From Octopus sinensis (taxonomy: Eukaryota), in assembly GCF_006345805.1 (NCBI RefSeq), contig NC_043017.1, positions 5,084,001 through 5,148,000 of the forward strand: a stretch of DNA of 64,000 nucleotides. Direction: 5' to 3'. Position numbers and translations under genes: made by a program. The notes under the pieces are model-generated. The model worked only from the letters and a program-made list of their open reading frames with translations, was not told the DNA's origin and did not search any database. Shown one piece after another: positions 41,822 through 54,680 of this stretch. Numbering within the stretch: the first letter of the stretch is position 1; each line of letters starts with the position of its first letter.

Positions 41822-42654
41822 TATAGGAGAGGCTGTGTGGTAAGTAGCTTGCTTACCAGCCACATGGTTCCGGGTTCAGTCCCACTGCATGGCACCTTGG
41901 GCAAGTGTCTTCTACTATAGCCTCAGCCCAACCAAAGCCTTGTGAGTGGATTTGGTAGATGGAAACTGAAAGAAGCCTGTCATATACATATATATATGTG
42001 TGTGTGTGTGTGTCTGTGTTTGTCCCCCCAACATTGACAACCGATACTGGTGTGTTTACGTCCCCCATAACTTAGCGGTTCGGCAAAAAGAGACCGCTAG
42101 AATAAGTACTAGGCTTACGAAGAATAAGTGCTGGGGTCGATTTGCTCGGACTAAAGGCGGTGCTCCAGCATGGCCACAGTCAAATAACTGAAACAAGTAA
42201 AAGAGGGCGGTGCCCCAGCATGGCCGCAGCCCAGCGATTAAAAGCCAGTAAACGATACAATTACGGATGTGTCTTACTGAATATTTATTTACTGTCATCA
42301 ATTTCGTATTTTGCATTCGCTGAAGAATTATTGGCTGGAATGACCTAGAAAATAGTCTTTTAGGAGGAATTCTCATTTTTCGCCACAGTATCACTTTCTG
42401 CTTACGTCTGAAATATTGTTACAGTAGGGGGTGAAAAATAGGGTGCTGTTGATTCAATCCGCGGCCTGGCTTCCTGGGGGTATCCACGGCGATGTCCTGG
42501 ATTCTGACACACACACGCGCGCGCGCGTGCATATATACACACCGAAGCTGAACTATATCAGGAGGACGTAAACAAACGAACAGCGGTCCGGTTAACGTTT
42601 GGCGATAGGGAGATAAATGGATGAATATATACGTGTAGAAGATTTAATGTGAAA

Positions 42655-42716
42655 ATGAAAATCGCTGAAATGGGAATTGTTCCCAGAAATGGTTACTGTT
42701 CGACGGGGAAGAAAAG
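42655..42716 (+). CDS. Speculative alternative first coding exon, MKIAEMGIVPRNGYCSTGKK(R/S), phase 2
   Basis: AAAATG start context with in-frame upstream stop, donor AAG|GTAACT at 42717, inside a CpG-retaining unique region. Confidence 0.25.
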
Positions 42717-43002
42717 GTAACTCTTTATATGGAAAATCGACACACACGCACTTTGTGTGTGTACCCTTGCATGCATGTATTTATATACAAACCTATGTAT
42801 AATATATATCTGTATAATTATATATACGTGCGTGCGTGTGTGTGATTATATACGTTCATATATACACTCGTGTATTTTACGTAAAGCATGCATTGAGGGG
42901 AGGCATTCTTTTTATCAGCTATCGATTAGAGATTAACTCCAGTTTCGGCATCTTCTGATCTCTCTCCCTCTTCCTCCCTTCCCCTCTCTCTCTCTGTATG
43001 CC

Positions 43003-45258
43003 TATCTATCTATCTATCTATCTATCCATCCATCCATCCATCTTTCTCTTTCTCTCTCTCTATCTGTATACCTATCTATCCATCCATCCATCCATCTTTC
43101 TCTCTCTTCGTACGCACACACTCACACGCGCAGATGTACGTACATCGGCACAAATACGCGCGCGCTCTCTCTCGTGCGTATTATGTGCGTGCATTGATGT
43201 ACGTTGTGTGAGTGTGTCTGTGTTTGTATTGGTGATGTGTGTGTGTGTCTGTGTTGGTGAAATATAAACATCAAAGATACTTTGCCTCGGGCTGAAACTG
43301 CTGGAGTTACATAAAGATGTTGCAACCTCTTGTGTGTTTGTGTATATGCATCTTTTCCATTTGATCTATCTTTCAGTGTGTATGTGTGTATGTGAGTGTG
43401 TGTGTGCACGCGAGTGCATTCATACATACGCGCGCACACCCACACACAACTTGCTAACGCTCATACACAAAAGTGCACACACATACACCTAACATGCAAG
43501 CATGCACAGACACAAAACCGCACGCACACACACAAATATTCACACACCTGCACACACACACATACACACAACAGACACATACACACAACAGACACACACA
43601 CATACACACACACAACAGACCCGAGCGCGCACATTGTTTTATCTCGCTGAAATTATTTCCCATCCATCTACCTTACACTATCATAAATGAAATAGCTACC
43701 ACAATTTATCTACACAAGCGAAATATATTCCGTTTTATATTTTTACATTAAAATTTTTAAAACTGAAAAATTTCTAAAATTTATTATTTTAGAAGTGTTT
43801 TTCGCTTTTTTTTTTTTTTTTTCTATGTCAATTAACGACAACGAAACGAAATCAATTAATGTTGTCACTTATGAAATACAGAGTAATTCCCCTTGCACTG
43901 ACGCTTCGTAATCTGAGGCAAAAATTAAAGAAATTTTAAAGGGAAATCAAGGAATTAAGAAGGAAAAGAAGTTTAGAATCTACCCATTTATTTGTTTAAT
44001 GTGTTTTGCTTGTTTGTTTACCAATTAAGAAGTTCTTCAAATGTTTGCTGGTGTGTGTATATCTGACTGTCTGTCTATCAATCTCTCTATCTGTCTATTG
44101 TTCTGTCTGTGTGTCTGACTGTCTGTCTATCTATCTATCTATCTATCTATCTATCCATCCATCCATCCATCTTTCTCTTTCTCTCTCTCTATCTGTATAC
44201 CTATCTATCCATCCATCCATCCATCTTTCTCTCTCTTCGTACGCACACACTCACACGCGCAGATGTACGTACATCGGCACAAATACGCGCGCGCTCTCTC
44301 TCGTGCGTATTATGTGCGTGCATTGATGTACGTTGTGTGAGTGTGTCTGTGTTTGTATTGGTGATGTGTGTGTGTGTCTGTGTTGGTGAAATATAAACAT
44401 CAAAGATACTTTGCCTCGGGCTGAAACTGCTGGAGTTACATAAAGATGTTGCAACCTCTTGTGTGTTTGTGTATATGCATCTTTTCCATTTGATCTATCT
44501 TTCAGTGTGTATGTGTGTATGTGAGTGTGTGTGTGCACGCGAGTGCATTCATACATACGCGCGCACACCCACACACAACTTGCTAACGCTCATACACAAA
44601 AGTGCACACACATACACCTAACATGCAAGCATGCACAGACACAAAACCGCACGCACACACACAAATATTCACACACCTGCACACACACACATACACACAA
44701 CAGACACACACACACACAACAGACACACACACATACACACACACAACAGACCCGAGCGCGCACATTGTTTTATCTCGCTGAAATTATTTCCCATCCATCT
44801 ACCTTACACTATCATAAATGAAATAGCTACCACAATTTATCAACACAAGCGAAATATATTCCGTTTTATATTTTTACATTAAAATTTTTAAAACTGAAAA
44901 ATTTCTAAAATTTATTATTTTAGAAGTGTTTTTCGCTTTTTTTTTTTTTTTCTATGTCAATTAACGACAACGAAACGGAATCAATTAATGTTGTCACTTA
45001 TGAAATACAGAGTAATTCCCCTTGCACTGACGCTTCGTAATCTGAGGCAAAAATTAAAAAAATTTTAAAGGGAAATCAAGGAATTAAGAAGGAAAAGAAG
45101 TTTAGAATCTACCCATTTATTTGTTTAATGTGTTTTGCTTGTTTGTTTACCAATTAAGAAGTTCTTCAAATTTTTGCTGGTGTGTGTATATCTGACTGTC
45201 TGTCTATCAATCTCTCTATCTGTCTATTGTTCTGTCTGTGTGTCTGACTATCTGTCTG

Positions 45259-45260
<2 letters not shown>
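43003..45260. repeat. 1129-bp near-identical tandem duplication
   Basis: ORF pairs 43122/44251 and 44006/45135 are offset by 1129; junctions in (TCTA)n. Confidence 0.95.
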
Positions 45261-45337
<77 letters not shown>

Positions 45338-45490
45338 GCCTGTCTGTCTGCCTGTCTGTCTGCCCGTCTGTCCGTCCGTCCGTCTGTCTGTCAGTCTATC
45401 TATTTATCTATCTATATATCCATCTGTCTGCCTGTCTGTCTGTCTGTGTGTCCGTCCGTCCGTCCGTCCGTCTGTCTATCTATCTATCTA

Positions 45491-45556
<66 letters not shown>

Positions 45557-45622
45557 CGTCCGTCCGTCCGTCCGTCCGTCTGTCTATCTATCTGTCTGTC
45601 TGTCTGTCTATCAATCTATCCA

Positions 45623-45656
<34 letters not shown>

Positions 45657-45737
45657 AGTCTATCTATTTATCTATCTATCTATCCATCTGTCTGTCTGTC
45701 AGTCTATCTATATCTATCTATCCATCTATCTATCTCT
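45245..45737. repeat. Compound tetranucleotide array (TCTA/TCTG/TCCG)n
   Basis: Direct inspection. Confidence 0.95.
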
Positions 45738-46550
45738 CAATTCATTCAACTAAAATCCCTTTAAAGCAGTGCTCCAGCATGGCTGCAGTCATTAGACTGA
45801 AACAAGTAAAAGAATAAGAGAATATGATGTGTGTGAGGTCACATGGCCTAGTGGTTAGTGTGTTGCATTCATGATTGTAAGATTGTGGTTTCAATCCTTG
45901 GCCCAAGCGGTGTGTTGTGTTCTTGAACAAAACACTTCACTTCACATTGCTCTGTGATCACTCTCTGACACCTGAAACCTGGTACACTGCACACCTGTTC
46001 AGGTAACAGTAGTTTAATGGAAGGTGTGGGCTGATGTGCGGCACTTCAGACAAAATCCTCTGTGCAGATTGTTCTCTTCGATTGGAGGTGTGGCTGTGTG
46101 GTTAACCAGTTTGCTTCCCAACCACATAGTCTTGGGTTCAGTCCCACTGTGTGGCAATCTCAGCGAGTGTTTTCTGCTAAGGCCCTGGACTCACCAAAGC
46201 CTTGTGAGTGGGTTTGCAGTGTATGCGTGTGTGTGTGAGTATGTGTGTGTCTCCTTGTCTTCAGACTGCTTGATAATTGTAAATGATTGTCGCCATCGTA
46301 CAAGTAGAGTCATTCCTTTACCATATTCTGCAAGAAACATGTCTTGCTGTGGGTAATCTATAAATGCTCTAACAGCCTTGGTTTTTTTTATCTCATTATG
46401 AAATATAATTTTTATATACACATGCTAACATATGACCAATGTTGGACCCCTTATTCGCAAAATCACCGAACCTGGAACTTAACTGCGGTCCATCTATAGC
46501 ACTTATTCAGCATTACCTGACACCTTTGGGTCTCAATGATACCATTATCT

Positions 46551-46587
<37 letters not shown>

Positions 46588-46692
46588 TTATCAGTAATAA
46601 AATGGGGTAAAACTAATTAATTTGGAATAATCAATTAATTTCACCAAGTAGATTTCAGCATGTAAAAGCCCCATTCGAGGAAAGTTTAAGTA

Positions 46693-46960
46693 ATACTAAG
46701 TAATTAAGGGTTTAGCAACGATTTGCCTCACCACACACCGAATTTAGAAATAGCAGTCAAATAGTTATAGCTATTCCTTCTACTAAAAGGGAGATCTCAG
46801 TAAAACCACAGCACTTGAAAGGCGAACACAAAGCCTTTCAAGTGCTGTGGTTTTACTGAGATCTCCCTTTTAGTAGAAGGAATAGCTATAACTATTTGAC
46901 TGCTATTTCTAAATTCGGTGTGTGGTGAGGCAAATCGTTGCTAAACCCTTAATTACTTAG

Positions 46961-46963
<3 letters not shown>
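46693..46963. repeat. Perfect 131-bp inverted repeat with 9-nt loop, right part of a (TA)n-inserted element starting at about 46586
   Basis: 46693-46823 is the exact reverse complement of 46833-46963. Confidence 0.95.
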
Positions 46964-47002
<39 letters not shown>

Positions 47003-47012
47003 CATATATATA

Positions 47013-47080
<68 letters not shown>

Positions 47081-47174
47081 ATATATATGTATATATATAT
47101 AATATATATATTGTGTGTGTGTATATATATATATATATGTGTGTGTGTTATATATATATATATATATATATATA

Positions 47175-47370
47175 AAGTTAATCCCATCAAGAAAGCACAA
47201 AAAAACACAACAACGCGAGGACGTGGAACAAATATAGTATTATTGGACGCTCAGGAAAGAAGGAAAGAAGGAGGGTTTAACGTTTTGAGCGGAGCTCTTC
47301 GTTGGAAACATAGGAGAAGGAAAGATCCCGAGAAGGGAAGACAGAGGAAAAAAAATTGCCAACATTTACA
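47175..47370 (-). mobile_element. (TA)n-inserted hammerhead-like element, subfamily B
   Basis: Minus strand of 47275-47310: TGTTT CCAACGA A GAGC TCC GCTC AAAAC GTT AAAC. Confidence 0.6.
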
Positions 47371-47594
47371 CACGAGGTCCGTGCTGAAAAGTTTTTGGCT
47401 TTAAGGATATTGCGAAAGCCCTGGTCGGAGGCCCAACCTTCTGAGTTCTTTTAAGAGGGCTTAGAAAAACTGAAGGACCACTGCAATGAGTGTGTGAATC
47501 TGCGAGAGGAATATGTGGGATAAAATCATAATTCACTGATCTTCATGTATTTTCTTTTACCGAAACCCAAGAACTTCCCTGCCCCGCTTCTGTA
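47371..47594 (+). mobile_element. Mariner-derived miniature element retaining the transposase C-terminus
   Basis: Degenerate TIRs (CGAGG..GTGCTGAAAAGTT / AACTTCCCTGCCCC..GTA); internal frame EFF*EGLEKLKDHCNECVNLREEYVG-stop resembles mariner FYxxGIxKLxxRWxKCVxxxGxYVE. Confidence 0.75.
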
Positions 47595-48387
47595 TATATA
47601 TATGTATACACACCACAATCCGCTCATGTTTGCTGTTGTATATTTTATATTTAATCTGCAATGTTTACCCATCGTTCGTTCAGTGTAAGAAAGCATCAAC
47701 ACTCTCACAGTGGTGGACTTTCACTCTGTTTATATTTCTGAACAAATATTTAATTCTGTTTAAAATATTTGTTTGGTTTTGTTCTTGATAACAGGAAGTC
47801 AATTTGGTGGTTCATGGCCCACTTTTGATTTCAATTTCGTTATTTATCTCTCTTTTAAACGTTTTGTTTTCCTTGCTTTAGTCATTGAACTCTGGCCATG
47901 CTGGGGCACCACCTCGAAGGGTTTAGTCAAATAAATCAACCCCCTCAAGTACTCATTTTATGAAATCTGGTACTTATTCGATTGACCTCTTTCACTGAAC
48001 CATTGAGTCACAGGGATGTAAGCAAAGCAGCACCAGTTGTCCAGAAATGTGTGGGTGGGTCAAATACCCACCACACACACACACAAACAAACATATACAT
48101 GCCTGTATGTAACAGGCTATTTTTCAGTTTTGATCCACCAAATTCACTCCCAAGACATCGGTCGGCCCAAGGCTATAGTAGAAGACACTTGGCCAAGGTG
48201 CTGACCAAAATGAGCTTCTTGACCACACAACCAGTGCAAATATGAATACGTTTGTTGATTGGTGGGAGGTGGGAGAGTGAGAGAGTGGGATGAGCTAATC
48301 ACATGCTGTTGTGTGTGTGTGTGTGTGTGTGTTATTATGCATCCGTTCCCCCATCACCACACAGTTGCAAGTGGTATATAAAAAAAA

Positions 48388-48800
48388 GCGAGCTGCAGAA
48401 TCGTTAGCACGCCGGGCGAAATGCTTAGCGGTATTTCGTCTGCCGTTACGTTCTGAGTTCAAATTCCGCCGAGGTCGACTTTGCCTTTCATCCTTTCGGG
48501 GTCAATAAATTAAATACCAGTTACGCACTGGGGTCGATATAATCGACTTCATCCGTTTGTCTGTCCTTGTTTGTCCTCTCTTTGTTTAGCCCCTTGTGGG
48601 CAGTAAAGAAATAGGTAGTTCGTCTGCCGTTCCGTTCTGAGTTCAAATTCCACCGAGGTCAAGTTTACCTTTCATCCTTTTGGAGTCGATTAAATAAGTA
48701 CCAGTTACGCACTGGGGTCGATATAATCGACTTAATCCGTTTGTCTGTCCCTGTTTGTCCCCTCTAAGTTTAGCCCCTTGTGGGTAGTAAAGAAACAGGT
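48388..48800 (+). mobile_element. Tandem pair of young SINE S2 copies
   Basis: Consensus-like with CpGs intact; the second copy is 5'-truncated and directly follows the first. Confidence 0.9.
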
Positions 48801-49905
48801 ATATAAAAAAAAGGGGACAGAGCTCACTTGATTCCACTCCTATCCACCCACTATTTGAATTCCTCAGGCTGCTAATACCTCTGTGAAAGGCATGAACATC
48901 ACACCTTCTCGTTAATTCATTTATTTGTGACTCTGTGCTGACATAATCTTTCTCTTTCACCTCTTTCTCCCCCTCTCTCTTTTTCTCTGTGTCTTTTTCC
49001 CTCTCATTCCTTCTGTCTCTCTCCTACCCTCTCTCTCTTCCTCTGCATTTCCTTTCTCTTTCTCCATTCCACTCTTTCTCTCTCCCACTCTCTCTCACCC
49101 CCATGCCTCTCCCCTACTCCTCTCTCCTCTCTCTTTATCTCTTCCTCTTGTTGCCCTCTCTCTCTCTCCTCACCTATATATACAGAACACTTTGGTTTCC
49201 TAGCTTTATACGCTAAAATGATTGAAGCAATTAGCCTTACCTCCTAAATAACCAGTTAAATATTGCATCCACTCTGTTAGATATTCAGTTAAATGTATAT
49301 CTAAATAGGTTATACATACATATATGTGTATATACATACATATACACATGTATATAACTGTATATACACAAGAGTGAATTACACTTTAGTGCTTGTTTCG
49401 CGAGTGATTTCACAAAAGTAATTGTGAGGCCAATTTCCTCAAAGTACTCGTTAAATAGACAAAGTACTTGTTAAATAGTGACTCTTTTCTTAACCCTTTA
49501 TCATTCAGATTGTAATGTTTATTTATCTAAATTGCTTTCAATTAATTATGCAAGTTTTGCTGATGCGGTTGTTAGTTCTTAGACTGACATTGTAGGTCAA
49601 GTGTGATGGGTCAGATCTGTTAACCCCTTACCGTTCAGATTTCTTTCTGTCGAATGTGATGCTTATTTATTCACATTGCTTTGGATTAATCATTCATTAT
49701 CACTTTCTCAGCTTTGAGATTTCAATGATGTGATTGTCTATTTTTAAAATGACAATGCAGTGTAGTGGGAGAGGTCATGTCTGGCTGGTTTGAACCTAAA
49801 ATAGGCCAGTTTAACTGTTCTGTCAAGGTTTCTACAGCTAGATGCTTTGCCTAATGCCAACCACTTTACAGTGTGTTCTGAGTGACTTTTACATGGCATA
49901 TTATA

Positions 49906-49948
<43 letters not shown>

Positions 49949-49971
49949 CATATATATATATAATATATATA

Positions 49972-50150
49972 TAAGGGGAGAGTTCACAAAAAAACAAAAG
50001 ACGAAGACAGGTGGTGTAGACAACAAACAGATGTATTAGTATAACACTCGGGAAGTGAAAAAAGTCTTTAATGTTTCGAGCATACACTCTTCCACAGAAA
50101 GGAACATAGAAAGGAGAGAAAATAAAGAATGTGTAGTGGCTAGCAATCTA
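49972..50150 (-). mobile_element. (TA)n-inserted hammerhead-like element, subfamily A
   Basis: Minus strand of 50066-50101: CTTT CTGTGGA A GAGT GTAT GCTC GAAAC ATT AAAG. Confidence 0.62.
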
Positions 50151-50205
50151 TCGTGGGGAAACGCCACACATCCATTTCCAAGTTCACGTATATATATACA
50201 TATAT

Positions 50206-50242
<37 letters not shown>

Positions 50243-50430
50243 GTATAAGGCAGTAAGCTGGCTGAAATGCTTAGCGGTATTTCGCCTGTTGCTATGTTCT
50301 GAGATCAAATTCTGCTGAGGTCAACTTTGCCTTTCATCTTTTCGGGGTCAATAAGATAAGTACCAGCAAAACACAAGGATTGAAGTAATTGACTTGTCCT
50401 CTCCCCAAAATTTCAGGCCTTTGCCTATAC

Positions 50431-50648
50431 CAGTGCTTTTCAAACTTTTTGCTGGAGCGGAACCCCAAGGAAACATTCCACTGGCTCGGGGAACCCCTGT
50501 GCAATAATTTAATAGTCTTATGCACACATATCTGCACAGGAGAATTAAAAATTACTGCCGATTCTAGCAGTTTTGTAACTTCTTGCGGAACCTCTGGACT
50601 GTACTGGTGGAACCCTAGGTTCCGTGGAACCCTGGTTGAAAACCACTG
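50431..50648. mobile_element. hAT-type MITE nested in a SINE S2 tail
   Basis: TIRs CAGTGCTTTTCAA / TTGAAAACCACTG; perfect 8-bp TSD GCCTATAC at 50423-50430 and 50649-50656. Confidence 0.92.
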
Positions 50649-52159
50649 GCCTATACACACACACACAAACACACACAATGGGCTTTCGCATACTTTCCAT
50701 TTACCGAATTTGCTTACAAGGTATTGGTCAACCAGGGGCTGTAGTAGAAAGCACTTGCCCAAGGTGTCATGCAGTGTAACTGATCCTAAAAGCATGTTCT
50801 TGAAAAGATGATGTGTCCCCTAGTCATTAGGATGTCACACTGACGATCAGGGTTTCAATCCCTGGACTGGGCAGTGCCTTGTGTGTTTGTCCCAAACATT
50901 TCATTTCTTGTGTTCTCTCAGCTGTGAGTGAATTCCAACAGTAGCTGGGAAGTTAACTCTGTGAAGGACCAGTGTCCCATCCAGGGAGTACTCTCAGTTA
51001 ATCATATTCCAGTGGATCTGGCTTAGGGTCTAGCCTCATGAGTCCTATGACTCGTGATAGATTCAAGTCCTAAATGCCAAATGTTATAATATGTAACGTG
51101 TCACCTAGGACAGAATATGTGTCTTGAATTTATAAAAAGCTTTTAAAAATATTTCGATAGGCAGACAATGACAAACGTTGATTGTCCTGTGTTCTTGTGT
51201 GTATTTCATTGACTCTGGTGGGATTTGAACTCCAGGCATGGCTGTGTGATGAAGAAGGTTACTTTATGACCAAATGTCTTCAGGTTCAGTCCCACTGCAT
51301 GGCACCTTGGGGAGAGTGTCTTCTACAATAGCCTTGAACCTACCAATTCCTTGTGAGTGAGTTTGGTCAGTGGAAACTGTGTAGAAGCCTTTTGTGTTTT
51401 ATTCTGTCTGTGTGTGTGTGTGTGTGGTGTGTGTGTGTGTGTGTGCGTGTGCACACGGCTTATGGCTAAATCAGGAAAAATATCAATTCTGATAATGCAG
51501 CCCTAGATAAACTGACTAAATAACAAGGTGGGATGGTCGTGTTTGGAGTGTCTTTGATCTAATAAATGCCATCAAGAATATTTCAGCCATTTCTTTTCTG
51601 TTTTTTTTTTATATTTTGTTTTAAGTTTTCTTGTTTCGCTTTTTGTTTGTTTTTGTTTCAAATAATTATACTTAATGTAAAAAAAAAAGAAGCTTCCTTG
51701 TTGTTTTGGTGGGTTTTTTGTTGTTTGTTGTTTGTTTTACATTTATACATAGGACTGAAGTGATTTTAATTATCTTGTTTAGCTGAGTAGCGTGTGTGCA
51801 TATGTGTGCGTGTGTGTGTGTATATGCATATATATAATATATATATATATATGTACATATATACACACACACACACATTATATATATACATGTATATATA
51901 TACATATATAATGTATATACATATATATACATATATATACATATATAATGTATAGACATATATATACATATATAATATATATACATATATATACATATAT
52001 ATACATATATATTATATACATATATACATATGTATATACATATATATACATATGTATATACATATGTATTTATATGTATATACATATGTATTTATATATA
52101 TACATATGTATATATATATATATATATATATAAATTATATATTATATATATATATATAA

Positions 52160-52385
52160 TTTTATCCAAAAGGGAAACAAAAAAAAACAACAAACAACAG
52201 GAACAATTTACAGTATGATTATTAATAGGCGCTCAGGAGATGGAAGCAGGGAGGTATGACGTTTCGAGCGGAGCTCTTCGTCGGAAAACATAAAGAAGGA
52301 AAGAGAGAAGAAAGATCCCAGAGCGGGCAACAGGGAAAGAGAAAAAGACGACTGGTTGTTTACGAGTTGCACATGGTGAAAGGCG
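52160..52385 (-). mobile_element. (TA)n-inserted hammerhead-like element, subfamily B
   Basis: Minus strand of 52254-52290: TGTTTT CCGACGA A GAGC TCC GCTC GAAAC GTC ATAC. Confidence 0.62.
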
Positions 52386-52423
<38 letters not shown>

Positions 52424-52972
52424 TATAATATATATATATTATAAAATATTCATACATATTTCATCACTTTCAATGAAATTCTTAATTATTTCAAAACATT
52501 TTACATTTATTTGGCATTTCCATTAATTTTACGAACTTTTCTTAGAAATTTCAACTATTTTCATGGCAGAGTTTGTTATTCCAACACATATCTACTTCTA
52601 TTCTAAGGTTGGTAGGGGCCTCAATATTTTTGACATTGTGGTACGTTAAGAGATAAGATAGCAAGAATTTTGACCCCTAGGGAGAGAGAATATAACAAAA
52701 GTCCTTTTTTAAATTTTAACTTTCTTTCAGTTATTGAACTGCGGCCATGCTGGGGCACTCTCATGAAGGGACTTTAGATATAAATTGACCCCTGTACTTA
52801 TGTTGTATGATGTTGGCTTTTTTTGTTTCTTTTTAAATCTGGCACTTAGTCTGTCTGTTTTTTTTACCGAACTACTAATTTGTGGGGACATAAACAAACA
52901 AACATAGGTTGTCAAGCAGTGGTTGTGAACAAACAGAAACACACACACATACATACATATCTGTTTATTAAC

Positions 52973-53567
52973 ATGGATTGACTAGATAGGGAATTAAGAA
53001 AGAGAACAGGGGCTGAGCTTGATGTGGACTGACTAGGGGCTGAACTTGGTGTGGACTGACTAGACAGGGAGTTAAGAGAAAGAACAGGGGCCAAGCTTAC
53101 TGTGGACTGACTAGACAAGGAGTTAAGGGAGAGAACAGGAGCCAAGCCAAATGTGGTCTGACTAGACAAGGAGTTAAGAGGGAGAACAGGGGCTGAGCTT
53201 AATGTGGACTGACTAGGGGCCGAGTTTGATGTGGACTGACTAGACAGGGAGTTAAGAGAAAGAACAGGGGCCAAGCTTACTGTGGACTGACTAGACAAGG
53301 AGTTAAGGGAGAGAACAGGGGCCAAGCCAAATGTGGTCTGACTAGACAAGGAGTTAAGAGGGAGAACAGGGGCTGAGCTTAATGTGGACTGACTAGGGGC
53401 CGAGTTTGATGTGGACTGACTAGACAGGGAGTTAAGAGAAAGAACAGGGGCCAAGCTTACTGTGGACTGACTAGACAAGGATTTAAGGGAGAGAACAGGG
53501 GCCAAGCCAAATGTGGTCTGACTAGACAAGGAGTTAAGAGGGAGAACAGGGGCTGAGCTTAATGTGG
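52973..53567. repeat. Higher-order tandem repeat: 180-bp unit = 51+51+51+27 bp subunits, about 3.3 copies
   Basis: GTGGACTGACTAG-anchored subunits; the 180-bp units are near-identical while subunits within a unit are diverged. Confidence 0.95.
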
Positions 53568-54320
53568 TTGATTTGCATTTATGAATGTTTGAAGTTTATT
53601 AGTTTGGGAAGGGGTAAATGCAGAAGGAAGGGTTATACACAAAACGTGTTGGTGGTGGTGGTGATGTTGGCGGTGGGCCCTCATAAAGAAAACTGTTTTG
53701 TGGGGTTTGAAAATTAAGTCAAGTGGTGGTGGTGGGTGGTGGAGGAGAGATTTTGATGCAGAAAGGATGATGGCTATATGGGTAGGAATATTGGCAATAT
53801 AAGAAGGTAGGGTCGTATGATTAAGAAGCTTGCTTTGCATCACATGGTCTTGGGTTAGTTTCACTGCCCAGCATCTTGGGCAAGTGTCTCCTATTATACA
53901 CTCGGACCAATTTGGTAGATGGAAACTATGTTGAAGCCCATTGTAGGTAGGTGTGTGTCTTTGTGGTTGTGATTGTCTCATTACCACCACTGCTTGACAA
54001 CTGGTATTGGTTTATTTACATCCCCATAACATAGCGGTGTGGCAAAAGGGACCAACAGAGTAAGTGCCAAACTTAAAGGAAAATATACTGGGTGGGTGGG
54101 AGGGGTGCAGATTGTTTGACTAAAAAAAAAACCGTCAAGGCAGTGCTCCAGCATGGCTGTAGTCCAGTGACTGAAAATGGGTAAAAAGATAAATGAAAAG
54201 TCGAGGTTAATGTTGTAGATGTGGAAAGAGAGAGAGAGTGAGATAAAGAAACACAGAGACAGACAAACAGAAACACAGGCAGACAGGCTGAGAGAGAGAG
54301 AGACAGAGAGAGACAGACAG

Positions 54321-54359
<39 letters not shown>

Positions 54360-54680
54360 GGAAGAGAGAGAGAGAGAGGAGAGAGACAGAGAGAGAGACA
54401 GACAGGGAAGAGAGAGAGAGAGAGACAGAGAGAAGACACAGACACAGAGAGAAAGAAAGACAGTGAAAGACAGACAGAGATGACAGCTTATTTCTGAGAA
54501 ATGGTTGCAAAGAACCAGCTGTTCTGTCTGGGAAATAGATTTTTATTTTAAATATATGGTTATATTTTTATATAATTATATATATTTTTTCATTATATAT
54601 TCAACCATATTTTCATAAAAATAAAACTCATTTGACTATTTCAGCAAAATATTTTATTTCTTCAAGAAATTGTACATTTT

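Noticed and set aside
52973-53567. Repeat array resembling CRISPR
   Set aside because: Eukaryotic context, the intervening segments are themselves homologous rather than unique spacers, and no cas genes
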